NCBI GenBank assembly: GCA_003971905.1
Contig: RSEE01000014.1
Location: 62,001-126,000, forward strand
DNA from: Moniliella sp. 'wahieum'
Taxonomy: Eukaryota
DNA length: 64,000 nucleotides
Reading direction: 5' to 3'
In this document: positions 13,398 to 25,415 of the stretch, piece by piece
How positions within the stretch are numbered: the stretch's first letter is position 1
Layout of the letters: each line of letters begins with the position of its first letter
Position numbers and translations under genes: made by a program
The notes under the pieces: generated by a model
What the model was told of the DNA's origin: nothing
What the model saw: only the letters and a program-made list of their open reading frames with translations
Databases searched by the model: none

Positions 13398-13979
13398 GGT
13401 GGTGGTCGCGTGCGCCCAGTGGTGGGAAGAGGAAGGAAAGGATGGGCTGCCTAGGCGTAGGCAATCTTTATTGTTTTACTGTGAGAAATGCGCTGGATGA
13501 GCACAAGGAGGGGGGGGCGAGAGACAGGTACGATATGTGAAAGGCGAGGGGCGCTGAACGTTGGTTGAGGCCCGGGGGAAGCCTGGGGGGACAGACGGAT
13601 TTGTCCGCCACGGTGCCAGTGCACATGAGCGCATGAACGCACTAAGGTACGAGAAAGTACGGAGTGAATATGTAGTGAAGTACTGCCCCTGTGACATATG
13701 TGAGGATGCACGGAAGGTTTTCGAGCAACGCAGAGCCGACGAGAGAGCTCAGAGACAGAGAGCCGTAGTCCTACGCAGACGGGATGGAGTGGGAGGGAGG
13801 GGATGCGTGCTGTGCATTGCTCGTGTCGTTTGGCTTGCTCCCCCGTAGGCCCTACGAGAGAGACATGTTGGGCTACTGAGTACTGTACTTGCGAATTAGC
13901 GCTTCGCACTTCCAGCGGTGCCTGAGCTGGCTTGGGCGCGCCTCCACTGCACGGGGTGCATCGAGTGTCAAGTGTGGTG

Positions 13980-14890
13980 TATCTTCGCATCAGATGGGCC
14001 AGACCGCATGTGGTAGGAGGGCACAACCGCATGTTTCGGGCGGGTTGGACGGACGTTGCATGATTTATCGATTATCAGACTGGAGACATGTGCGTGTTGC
14101 CATCGGACAGCAGCATCTCTGCGTGCTCGTGCGTGTGCTTGGCTTGCACCCTGCAACGCGAGGGAGGGGAGGGAGGGAGGGAAAGGGGCTGTCTGTTGAC
14201 TGGGGCTTGAAGCTTAACGACGCACTCTGGCCCCAGCTGCCACTGGGCCAGAGCCCCATGGTCTCACGCGCCCGTTCTCCAGAACCTTTCTGCTCGCCCA
14301 GACCGACCGACTGCGACCTAGCTCGCGCCCGTTTTCGGTTTGCAGTCTGCATCAGATCGATCAAATCTCAGATCCCTAGGGTCCCTAGGCCTTGGTCCAA
14401 TCTGTTCCGAACTTTCCTCTGCCCGCGCTCACCGGCTCACCCACCACCACCGCATCTCTGCGCCCTTCTCGACGCTCGAGCCACGGATAATCCCGCGCGG
14501 ATAGGCTGGTGCTAGTTGCTCGTTGCAGTCCTCCTCGTGCCTCGGTCTACCTCTGCAATGGGCGCTCTTGGCACCGATGGAGCTGGTTGGCGTGGCGCCC
14601 AGGTGACTAATATTGGGGGGGAGTGACTAGTTCGTGACTAGGGAGGAGGTGCACATCGGATGGAGATAGTTGCCACCGAGCAAAGCAGCTGCTTCCCCGC
14701 AATCAAATAACGCAGCAGGAAGGCGCTGGAGTGGGCGTGCGATATTTCGCATCTGATGAAAAAAAAGGGCAGCCATGCCATCACAGAGGCAGGGGGGCAG
14801 TGCTGTGTTATCAGATGGGGCGAGCTTCTATCGCGGGGGCGAGTAGGTACGTACCATAGCCAAGCTGGGGTCAGCGAACCCATCAGATTC
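13980..14890. promoter_or_regulatory. Bidirectional FTR1/FET3 promoter with iron-responsive GATA (Urbs1/SreA-type) sites
   Basis: TTATCAGAT (reverse complement ATCTGATAA) at 14808-14816; tandem TTATCGATTATCAGA at ~14065-14079; further ATC(A/T/G)GAT cores at ~13989, 14351, 14655, 14751 and 14882. Confidence 0.7.
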
Positions 14891-15579
14891 GCGATGCGAG
14901 GCCGAGGGAGGCAAAAGGGTCGCTGGGCAAGCTGCCCCCCCATCCTGCCTCTGCCTCCACGCTCCCCAGGCGAGTGCGAGGGCGGGAGGGAGGTGGAGCC
15001 CGCCAGGAACGATCATCGACATCCTCCGCACGCACAACGACGCATGCCATCCGTCGCCGTGTAGAGTATGCTAGTGCCTGCGTCGCCGCCGAGCGCCAAG
15101 GAGAGAAACAGCATGCGTTCCACCGCGCATCAGGGCGTGTTGCCTGTGCGCATCCTGTTCAGCTGCTCTTCACGCGCAGGAAAAAAAAACTCCTCCACTC
15201 ACACGCCGCATGCGGTCGCCTGTCGGGCAGAGCATGCGATCGATGGAATCGGGTTGGTGCGGTGCCCAGTGCTGCCCCCCGCAGGGTCCCAGCAGGTGCC
15301 AGCACGCCCAGCATGACAGAGCAGAGATGCTATCGACTGCATCCGCCCAGACCTCGTACTCATCAAGCTTTCAGCGTCAAGATAGCTCTTGCATCAAGAC
15401 CCTGTGTCACCCTTCCTACCCCCTTGGACCTACCTCAGGCACAGCCACCCCTCCCCCTCCTCCTCGACACCTCGGCGCTCGCTGTAGTATAACTAACTAA
15501 CCGCCCGCTTCTTCTTCTCTCGCCCTTCTCTTTTCTGCCACCGTGTCTGTCCTCCCTCCGTCTGTCGTCTGCCTGCGCC

Positions 15580-17725
15580 ATGGGTCCTCTTGTCCTCGCC
15601 GCCGCCACGGCGTTCCTCACGGCCGGCCGCGTGTCGGGTGCGTTTGTCGACCAGTACTATAGCATGGACTGGGTGCCGAACCAGGACCCCGGTGCTGGGC
15701 AAGCCGCGCTCGGCCGTCGGCTACAACAACACCTGGCCCCCACCCGTCATCAATGTCAACTCGACCGACCGCCTGCACGTGACGGTGTACAACAACCTCG
15801 GCCAAGGCGGCTCACTCCACAGCCACGGCATCTTCTTTAACAACACGGCCTACTACGACGGCACCACTCCGCTCACCCAGTGCCCCATCCCGCCCGGCGG
15901 CAACTTGACGTACGAGATTCTGAATTCGGAGCGGGCTGCACCAACTCGACCCAGAATGTGGGCACGTACTGGATGCACTCCCACTCCGAGGGCGCCTACA
16001 CTGACGGCATGCGCGCGCCCCTCATTATCCACCCCACCCAGGGCAGCGCCCACCAGTACGACGATGATTACACCATCCTCTTAGCGACTGGTACACGCGC
16101 TACAACAACGATTTGCTCAACAATGAATTTTTAAACAAGAAGAACCCGACCGGCGCCGAGCCCGTGCCGGACCGTTGCTTGAGTACGTCTACCCTGCCCT
16201 GCCCTTCCCTCTTCTCTCTCTCTCTCTCTCTCTCGAAGGAGACGGACTCGTTCTTTTCTTGCTCCTCCTCCTCCTCCTCCTCCTCCTCCTCTCGCCTCGT
16301 CTGCGTAGGTTTCCGCTGACTGTAGGATCGCAGTGTACGCCGCTCGCACGCGGCAGGACGGGCCAACCAACCCGCCCTACCTCTCCGGCTTTAACGAGAA
16401 TGTGACGATTCCTTTTGAACCCGGCAAGACGTATCGCCTCCGGTTTACCAACGTGGGTATCTTTGCCATGGCCAACCTGTGGATTGACGGACACGATATG
16501 CGTATCATTGAGGTGGATGGTGTTGAAACGGAGGAGTACCCGACCGACGTGGTTCCCCTCGACAGCGCAGCGGGTCAGCGTCCTCGTCACGGCGCGCAAC
16601 GATACGTCCAAGGACTGGCAACTCAACTCATACCAGAACACGGACATGTACGATGTGGTGCCGTCGCAGCTGCGGCTGTGGGAGTACATTCGGATTGGGT
16701 ATGCAGACCATCCGCAAGAGCTGGGTCCGACGACGGAGAAGTCAGAGTTCAACTTTTTCAACGACATGGACCTGCGGCCGATTGAAGCCAAGCCGATTCT
16801 CAGTCCCGACTCGAAGACGCTGGTGCCGTTCAACTTCAACACGTTCCGCAGCAACAAGAATTACGCTACGATCATGGAGGCCCAAACCACGTTTATTGCC
16901 CCGCAGACCCCGGCGATGTTTACCGCTTGAGCATGGGCGCCGATGCGCGCAACATGGCGGTCTATGGGCCGGGAGGAAACGCGTTCCTCGGTGAATGGTT
17001 GACCACGGTAGAGATTACGATTCAGAACCTTGACACGGGCGAGCATCCGTTCCATCTGCACGGATTTGTGTTCCAGATTGTGCAAAAGGTACAGGACTAC
17101 ACGACCGCACCACCGGTCAATGAGTCGCAGGTCGCTCCAATTCGGAGAGATACAGTGTCCATCCAGCGGGAGGACAGGTGGTGCTGCGTGTGTTTATTGA
17201 TGCGCCAGGCGTTTGGTTCTTGCACTGCCACATCAGTGGCATCTCCAGGTACGTGAGGCTCCTTTTCCGTCTTTTGAGTTTGGGGGTTGGGTTGTTAGGC
17301 CCGCGAGGCAGGACCCGAACCAACGGTCGTCCAAGGCTATAGGTACTGACGCTTTCTTTGTTCTGAATCACAGAGCGGCTTGGCGCCATGTTGGTTGCTG
17401 CGCCTGAGCGGATTCAAAGTGAGATCCACTTGCCCGACGGGATGAAGGAGCACTGTGCGGCAATGAACTTGCCCAGCGAGGCAATGCGGGGGGGCTGTAC
17501 TCGCTGACGGACTTTGGCACGCTGCCTGGGCAACCGGAGATGTTCCCCGTGGGCTGGACGGGCAAGGCGACGGGCGCGTTCATTGGGTGCTTGATTAGTG
17601 CCTTGCTGGGTATTGGGAGCATTGTGGTGTACGGCTCGGGCGAAGCCGACCCGGACGAGGAGTACATTCTCAAGACCAAGTGGTACAAGGCCCTGTGGAA
17701 CAAGGCCCGGTCCAGCAAGGCCTAA
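15580..17725 (+). CDS. FET3: Multicopper ferroxidase Fet3 (signal peptide, three cupredoxin domains, C-terminal TM helix)
   Basis: Copper motifs SLHSHG, YWMHSH, HPFHLHG and WFLHCHI.WHLQ; NPTGAEPVPD; NLDTGEHP; TM segment AFIGCLISALLGIGSIVVYG. Introns ~16183-16333 and ~17249-17373. Divergent from FTR1. Confidence 0.95.
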
Positions 17726-18312
17726 TTAGCGTTAGGGCTTCGTATATGCTTCTACTCCTTTGTTGGATACCGTTTTGGGCCCGCACGATCTCCCCCTCCC
17801 GGCCCTCTTGCCCAATTTTTATGCGATGACTGGTACGATGAGACCTCTGCAATGTGTTCATATCAAATGGCTGGAACAGGTGATGGCCAGTGGGTGGAGG
17901 CTGGAAGTGGATGTGGTGGCCATGTCCACAGCGTAGATGAGAGGATGAGCACGAATAGCTGAGGTTGTGCGTTGTACTGCGGACGAGAAGAAAGCCACAC
18001 AGAAGCTGATCATCATCAGCAAGGGATGTATTCTCATGTACGTTTGTTGCGTATACTGTGCAGGAGCAACACACCTACTCACACATCATGTGATGTACAT
18101 ATCACATGCAATGTCACACGTCACATTGCCTGGTCTGCAATGTTGCCTTTTGTCAAGGTTGAGAGCGATCTCAACTCAATCTGAGTACTCACAACTCACA
18201 ACTCAGTACTCACAACTCTCAACCCCCCAACTCTGAGATCAAAGAGAGAGTGGTTCCCGGTTACCCCGTGGGCGAATCTCGGTTGACGCGTCGAGCAACC
18301 TGGTTACTCCCA

Positions 18313-19545
18313 TCAGGACGGGTTGCCGCTCGCTTCCACCCCGGCAGCTGGCATCGAGCACGCGCACAAGGGGGATCGCATGATCAGCGCCTCTCCTCCA
18401 GGGGAGCCTCGCCAGGCCAGGCGTTCCCTTCCCGCGCTTGACGACCCGACGATGACGACGGTGAAGAGGACGACTTTTGGGACCGCCTTCCGGCCGGTAT
18501 CCTTACCACGCTCGATGCGCCTTCCCATGCGCCTGCTCCCACCACCTCGCCCACGCACACCAGCCCGCCTCGCGGCTCGACCAGCTCCCTGCGCCGCCCC
18601 CGCGGCCTCCCCTCCATCCCCCTCACCCACTCTCGCCCCCGATGCAGGGACACAGCACAACCTCCCCTGCCGCCTTACTTCCCCCCGCACACATGCCCTC
18701 TCCCCCGCCAGCCTGCTCCCGCACACACGCCCCCCCCGGCCCACCACGTTCTCGCCGGCCTATCTGCCCAGGACATGTTCGGGGACATGTCCGACATTGA
18801 AGACCGATCCGAAACTGATCCGGACGCTGCCGCTCCCTTAGCTGACTCGCCTGCGCGCGTGGCTCGCCGCGCCCAGCACGCCCACACGCCCACCACACCC
18901 ACTTCCAGGTCAGATCGCTACCTCGCACAACCCAAACCTTGACCCAGATGCTGCATCCTCACTCGCCTGGAGCTCCCGCGTTGTCTTTGTGTCCGCCGCG
19001 CACGCCGGGGGGGAGGGAGGTGCCTCCCCCCCCCGCCCGACCTGATGGGTGTAGCGTTGTTGGACTGGTTTTGCGCAGTGGGCGCAGCCCGAGGGACGCG
19101 CGTGCCTACTCACGGAGCTGCCGCCGGACCGACAACGCGTGTACCGGGACCAGTTCTTGCTTGTCGACCGTCCGCCTGCGGCGGTGGGTGCCGCGTCGTT
19201 AGGCCCGTTCGGCCGGGCGGGCCGGATCAAGGCTTGGAAAGGCCTCCAGGTGGACCCCTTGGAGGAAGAGGAGGAGGAGGAGGAGGAGCAAGGACCAGAA
19301 CGTGAGGCCGAGCCTGGGGGGCTTGGGCTTGGCCACGCCGGCCCTGCTCTACCTGGCGCTCGCGGGCGCGGGACCGCTCGTGGTACTGTCCGTTGTGGCG
19401 TTCGTGGTAGCGCTCGTGGTGGTGTTCGTGGCGCTCGTGGTGGTGCTCGGGGACGCGGACGTGGTGCGGCCCGAGGACGGGGCAGGACCAAGGGTGTGTT
19501 TACAGCGACTGAGGTAACGGGCTCCGAAGCGACCAGCTCGCTCAT
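18313..19545 (-). CDS. Hypothetical low-complexity protein (Thr/Ser-rich N-terminal repeats); boundaries uncertain
   Basis: ATG at 19545 (MSELVASEPVTSVAVNTP), ACCACGAGC-type repeats (TTTSATNTTTSATTNATT) and GC-rich coding-like composition. No recognisable domain. Confidence 0.3.
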
Positions 19546-21714
19546 AATCGCCGACAATGGCGCCGCTGGACCCGCGGCGGAGGGACAAGTGCAGGCAAGC
19601 CCTAGCCCCACGCGAGGGAATCCATCACTTTGTTATTGTAGTTTTCACTTGGCTGCCGAGTCGGCTTCTATGGCGAGGCAGGCGTGTGGGAATGTGAGGG
19701 ATGTAAATGATCAGAAAACCGCGCAGGGGGCGAGGGTGGGAAAAAGAAAGGTGAGGCTGATCGTTGTCTGCTCAGTGTATTCAGTAAGTGGGATGGACGT
19801 TTCGGTCCACATTTGCAAAGCTAGCTGGTCGCGTGGGTGTTGGGTGTACAAGTTGTTGGGTCGCGGAGGGTGTCGCCCGGGGGACCCACTGGATGGACGC
19901 GACTGGCGCTCTTGGTGCTCAAAACGAGCCTACCAGTGTGTTTCGATCGGTCATCGTTCCAAGCTCCTTCAAGCTTCAAGCTTCACGCTCTTCAAGGTTC
20001 CTTCGAGCTTCACTTTTTCAACTCGAAATCTACCGTAAGCTGCATGATGTCAGTTGTGGAGGATAGGGCCCCTCTTGGGTCACAATCTCATTGGTTATAA
20101 TTGATCAGATCTACGGTGGGAAAGCCTCAGACCATCTGAATATTGCTGCAAAACACGCGCCCTTGGTCACCCCTCCCCATCATGTACATGATACGTGCAT
20201 GCATCATGAGATGCATCGACCATTGACACACTTTTCGTCGCTCCCGTTTCCCCTCGCTCCAAGGTGTGCGCAAATAAGTGGTGTATTCCCAACGGACGGG
20301 CAAGTGTTGTAGGGTCCGTCGTATTTAACCCGTAACCGATTACCGATCCAATCAAGAACTTGTGTGCTGCTTGCTAGTAAGTTTAGCGAGCGCTGTACTG
20401 TCGAGCTTGAGCGGCATCGCTGCCCGAAATACCACCAATTCCAAGAGCTTGGTGTGCATGTATACCGAGGATATATGTGGTGCAACTACTGACTTTTTCC
20501 AACACAAGGGTGCGCGCTAGATCGACAGAAGTTGGAGCGCGGGGCAGCGCCTTCCCCTTGGAGTTGGGTCCAGCTGCAGTTGTGGATCGATCAAGCTAGT
20601 GTCGATCAAGTGTGACAATTATTAACGTTCAACAACTCAGTGCTGAGTTACTCAACCGAGTAACTGCGTGCGCTGGTGGACTGGGTGTACGCGGTTTGGG
20701 CTGAGCGCTGAGCAGCTGCGCCTCGGCGCTGAATATTGAATGGAGGACAGGTGGGAGCGATGAGGCTGATGATCGATAAGGCTGCGATGAGGCGCAGAGG
20801 AGATGATGTGGGCTGTTGCGCACAACTACATACCATGGTCGGTGTGCTGCTGGTGACGGTGATCATCGAGATGATGTGTTTCGAAGTACTATAATGGACT
20901 CGGTGATATTGTGAGGACTCAATGAGTGCTCTGGTGCTGGCGAGCTGCGATAACCACGGGTGCGAGCGGGTCGAAGGGTGTTTGGGCGGCTCTCAAAGAG
21001 GAGCAGCGGGGGAGTGTATTGAGGTATGTCTCTCTCTGAGCCTCTATCGTGGAGGGAAACAAAGAAGGTGTGGAGCAGACTCGAGTTGGTAGGATGGTGG
21101 GGAGAGGTGGTGTTGAACGTTCAGATGAACGTTGAGCGTTGGAGCTTGATTGAAGCTTGCAGGTGGACCGACTTGCTGCTTACAGGGGGAGGGGAGGGGT
21201 CGTTGAAGCCTGTTCAAGCCCCCCGCCTGGCTCGCTTCGAAGGTTCGTCAAGGGGACAACGGCCGGCGAGTTGCCAACAATGGGCATTCCACAGGTGTGG
21301 CGCCCGCTTTCAGCCGCTGGTGCGTCGCGGGGGATGCGTCTCCCCCCGGGGCGTGGGGGCAGTGCCTCCACAGGCTCTCGCAGGCTCTCAGATCTCAGAT
21401 CTCACACCTCGCCCCCGGCCCGATGGTCTCTTCTTGACTGCCCCCATGCTCAGCCGGCCACAGCTGGGGTGGCAGCGGCGTGGCTGCGGCCCAGCGCACC
21501 AGCGCACCAGCGCAGTGTCCTTCCCCGCTCGCAATCGTATACATATCGGCATCTCAGATCTCAGCATCTCCGACTGCATCATGCACCACACTCGTGTCGA
21601 TACGAGTCCTCCAGGCGCCAGTAGTTACCACAAAACCCACTCTACACATCGGCTACCCCCAGCGCTTCCGCCAGCAACCGTCCACCCCCACCCCCACCCC
21701 GACCCCGACCAACC

Positions 21715-22849
21715 ATGTCCACCGCTGTTGCTGAGTCCAGGCCAACCGTATCGAGCTCGAGCTCGAGCCTGGCTCGCTCATCGTCCCGTACCCGGCTCGG
21801 TCGCCTGCTCGCCAAGGCCAAGAGTGCGACGTCGCTGCATGCGGCCTTCCATTCATCTGCCGCCTCGCAACCACACTTATCCTCATCTGCCCCTCCCCTC
21901 CCACCCTCGCCCTTCCACCCATCGGTATTTGCGACTACCGCCACACCTGGCCCTAGGGAACCTGCGTTTCCGTCCAGCGTGGTTCCGGAACCCAAAGAGA
22001 GGGACGCTACTGCCGCGGTCAGTGGCCCTCATTATTTCCCGCCTGGCCCTGGGCCAGGCGGAGATGACGATACAGAAGGCCAATCTGGACGGACAGGAGG
22101 GACGCCACGAATACGCCATCGGCTCCTTAAACGAAGCCACTCCGTCTTGCCTCCTGTTCAGCCTAACAACACAGCACCCGCCCAACTACCCCATTGGGGC
22201 ATTGACACCGCCCATTCTCCATTTACTGCGCCTAGAGAAGCAGACAGCCACGTCTCGACCCATCCACGGGGTGCACGCACCTACCCTCCTCACCCCTTGT
22301 GTGCGGGAGACCTATGGCGCCCCTGTTCCCTGCCCTATTCACGGACGAAAGCACTCTTCTCCTCTCGCCTCTCCCAGTCCAGCGAGACGCGGGCCCAAGC
22401 GCATACCCTCTCTCCGATCTCGCTCTCTCTGACTCGATGGTGCAGGCGGTGAAAGACATGGGTGCAGGCCAGATCCCTTTGGCTACTCATACGCGGCACA
22501 GAGCCCAACGCAAAGCGCTGTCCATCTGGACTTGCACCATGACCTTGAACGGGGCCGACCATCAGGGAGCACCTTCTTCCCCGTATCTGCCTCTCCCACC
22601 GACGCGCGGGCTACCGATGTTGTGCCAGCGTGGAAGAAACGTAACCGTTCTCGCACGGGCAGCATAGGCAGCACGGGCACCCCAGGGAGAGTGCGGGAGG
22701 ATGAGTTTAACTTTTCAGCTGGCCGGGCACCCAGGACAAGGAGGAATAGGGGCACGGTGTTACCGCCAGTACCTCCTGTGCCATCTGTGCCCTCGGCGCT
22801 GCCCGCTCACCCCTCGGTGCCCTGCAGCCCCAGGAGAGATGTAGAATGA
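21715..22849 (+). CDS. Hypothetical intrinsically disordered Ser/Pro-rich protein
   Basis: MSTAVAESRPTVSSSSSSLARSSSRTRLGRLLAKAKSATSL, with overlapping frameshifted ORFs continuing to ...LPPVPPVPSVP...RRDVE*. Confidence 0.5.
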
Positions 22850-24123
22850 CCGGATTGATGATTGATGAGCAAAGAGCCAGTGCTAGTGAGGGCGATGGAG
22901 CGAGGATTACCCCCAATAAAGGGAAGATACTATAGAGGAGATGATGCCCTCCGCTGGGTGGTTTCGTTGGTGGGAAAAGCAGTGACGGAGACGAGGGATG
23001 GAACTCGTTGGGGCTTCTGGAGATTGTGGAACGTGAAGCTTGAAGTGAGAATTTGAGGAGCTGAGTCCGGGAGCGTATCGGAAAAGCGGAGAGGGGTCCA
23101 ATGTGTGTGACCAGCACATGTGCCGGGAGCAGGAGGGGCAGCGAAGAGCTGTACTAGGCACAGCGCTACCATCTTGTATCAACATCCTTTTACCGTGCAA
23201 TCCATCCTTGACTCCACAGGCAACAACTCTCCTGCGTTTCTCTTTTAGATTTTAGCAGCCGTCCCAGACCAGCATCCAAGAACCAACTCTTGGTCTTCCA
23301 TTGTGTACAGGACCCTCTGTGGGCGAATTATGTTTCCGTCTCGCGTTCCTGGCACTGGATGCAGTTCTTGTCGCATTCTGCTTGTTCCAACAGGGAAAAG
23401 AGGCCATTCTCCCGTCCTGATCCTCCGCATCATGCTCTAGTAGGTCCCATCACTCTCGGTAGTCAATACACATTGCTTTCCTCCCACGCCTCGTCCCGTC
23501 CTCTTCCTCTGCATTCGATTCGTTGAGGACGCGGGTGTCAGAGATGACGCACACGAGCTGGATCTATATTGTCGTCGAACTTCAGTATCCAATCCCCTTC
23601 ATGCATATCCGGCCACGATTCTACCATAGAGTTGAGTTGTTCCAAAATGAAGACAGGACCTGTACGTCCCTGCCGTTGTTGTGTATCCTTCTGGCAACTA
23701 ACCCCTGCATTCTATAGGACAACGGATGTTACGGGCGGACGCGTGCTGGCGATTTAGCGGAGCCCGCCGATCCCGTTTCAAGCCCCAGACCTGTCGCCCT
23801 ATTCTGCCAATAGGAATGGCGGTTACCCTAGTCGATTGTGGGAGCTCCTGACTATGGAGACTTTGGTTCTCAACTCTCGGTGAGGTACTGAGTTCAGTAG
23901 TGCTGTGTGCATAGGAAAGCGAAAATTGCCGTGTTCTTAACCCTAGGTTAGCACATCACGTGCCGCGGGACGCTGGGATGATCGATGACATGCATGGCAG
24001 AGATGGGCGCGATGATCGACGATCGATGATCCACCAACGGGGCGGAATGGGTTGTTTCCGCCCCTGGCCAACCTGCGTTCTTCTCGTCTTCTCGCGGCGC
24101 AGAGAGGCGGCGGCTGCCCCACC

Positions 24124-24960
24124 ATGTTCTCCCTCGTGCGTGCGCGCATGGGGCTTCAGGCCCCGCCTCTGTCGCTGGCCACGCGTGTGCTCGCTGTTGC
24201 CCCGCCGCAGCCGCAGCCGCTGCTTCGGAGGCAGTTCCACGCGTCGCCCTGTGCGCCCCGCTGCGCCGGTCAACTTGGACCCGAACCGCAAGTTCCCTGC
24301 GCGCAAGGTGTTCCTGGTGGAACAGTACCAGCAGATCTTGATGAGTGCAAGATGGTCATCTTGTTCCAGTTCAACTCTATCACCGCGCCTGAGATGGACA
24401 AGCTGCGCACGGACCTGGCCAACGTCCCGCTCACTATGGGCGAGGAACCGTTCGGGCCGGACGGCGCGCCGTTGCGCAAGGCTCGTCTGATGGTCGTGCG
24501 TAACGGGATAGCCAAGTTCGCTGCGCGGTCGCACAAGAGCGGTCAGGTGCGCAACTTGGCGCGTGCATTTTCAGGCCCGATGGCCATGGTGCATTGCGGT
24601 CACTTTTCCCCTGGGTACATGGGCCGCATCTTAACTACGCTCGACAAGAGTTTGGGTGGTCGTGCGGTGCCCGCGCCGAAAACGGGAAAGTATGCGCCCG
24701 AACAAACCAACATGAACTACCGCTTGATGCCGCTCGTCGCCCTCTTGGAAGGAAAACGGTACCCCCTCCACTTGGCTCGGGACGCGGCCAAGCTCCCCGA
24801 ACTGAAGCAGCTGCAGGCCGAGCTGCTCGGCGTTCTTTCCGCCCCGGGACAGAAGTTGGCTGGCACTATGGCCCAGGCAGCCGGTGGCGACCTGTCTCTT
24901 TTGCTCGAGGCACGCATCCGCGAGCTCAAGGGCCCCGAGGAGGGAGAGGAGAGCTCGTGA
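24124..24960 (+). CDS. MRPL11: Mitochondrial ribosomal protein uL10m
   Basis: Presequence MFSLVRARMGLQ...RRQFHAS; RKFPARKVFLVEQY; VILFQFNSITAPEMDKLRTDL; LMVVRNGI; FSGPMAMV; AKLPELKQLQAELLGVLSAPG. Confidence 0.8.
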   Translation: MFSLVRARMGLQAPPLSLATRVLAVAPPQPQPLLRRQFHASPCAPRCAGQLGPEPQVPCAQGVPGGTVPADLDECKMVILFQFNSITAPEMDKLRTDLANVPLTMGEEPFGPDGAPLRKARLMVVRNGIAKFAARSHKSGQVRNLARAFSGPMAMVHCGHFSPGYMGRILTTLDKSLGGRAVPAPKTGKYAPEQTNMNYRLMPLVALLEGKRYPLHLARDAAKLPELKQLQAELLGVLSAPGQKLAGTMAQAAGGDLSLLLEARIRELKGPEEGEESS

Positions 24961-25415
24961 AGTGGCGATGCATGCATACGGTTACTATTGTTCTGCGTGG
25001 TAGGAGGCGCTGGCGTAGGTGGCCGTTTTGTATCCGACTGGATTGCATAGGACCAAGAAGCAGGGGCAAAGAAGGCGCACACATAGATCAGGATCTGTTC
25101 AGTCTAGTGGTGAACGTTCGGTAGCGCGTTTGACCGTGCCAGGTCCAGATGGATCGTTTGCGTCCCCAAACTACTGTGCTCTCTGAGATGTGAGAGAGAT
25201 GTGAGAGCTGAAGGGAGCTGGGGGGATGTCGATCATCAATTCATCATTAACATTCAATGTGCATGCCCATGTCATTGTGCATCAACAGTGGAGTAGGGGA
25301 CGGGGATCAAATTCAAACGGGATGTGACGCGTGACGAGTAAAGAAACCAAGATTAGGGTGCTCCAGCAAGAAAGAGCACACAAGGGAAGCAGGCATTTGC
25401 AAGACAGGATTGAAG

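Noticed and set aside
20204..20485. Cys-containing ORF ending ...CVNGRCIS as a pheromone or effector
   Set aside because: Non-ATG start, no signal peptide and the terminus is not a CAAX motif.
21026..22432. Long track ORFs in GC-rich DNA (e.g. 468 aa here, 463 aa at 31793, 454 aa at 59086)
   Set aside because: Arg/Pro-rich shadow frames, or UTR-plus-partial-gene read-throughs caused by high GC and indels.
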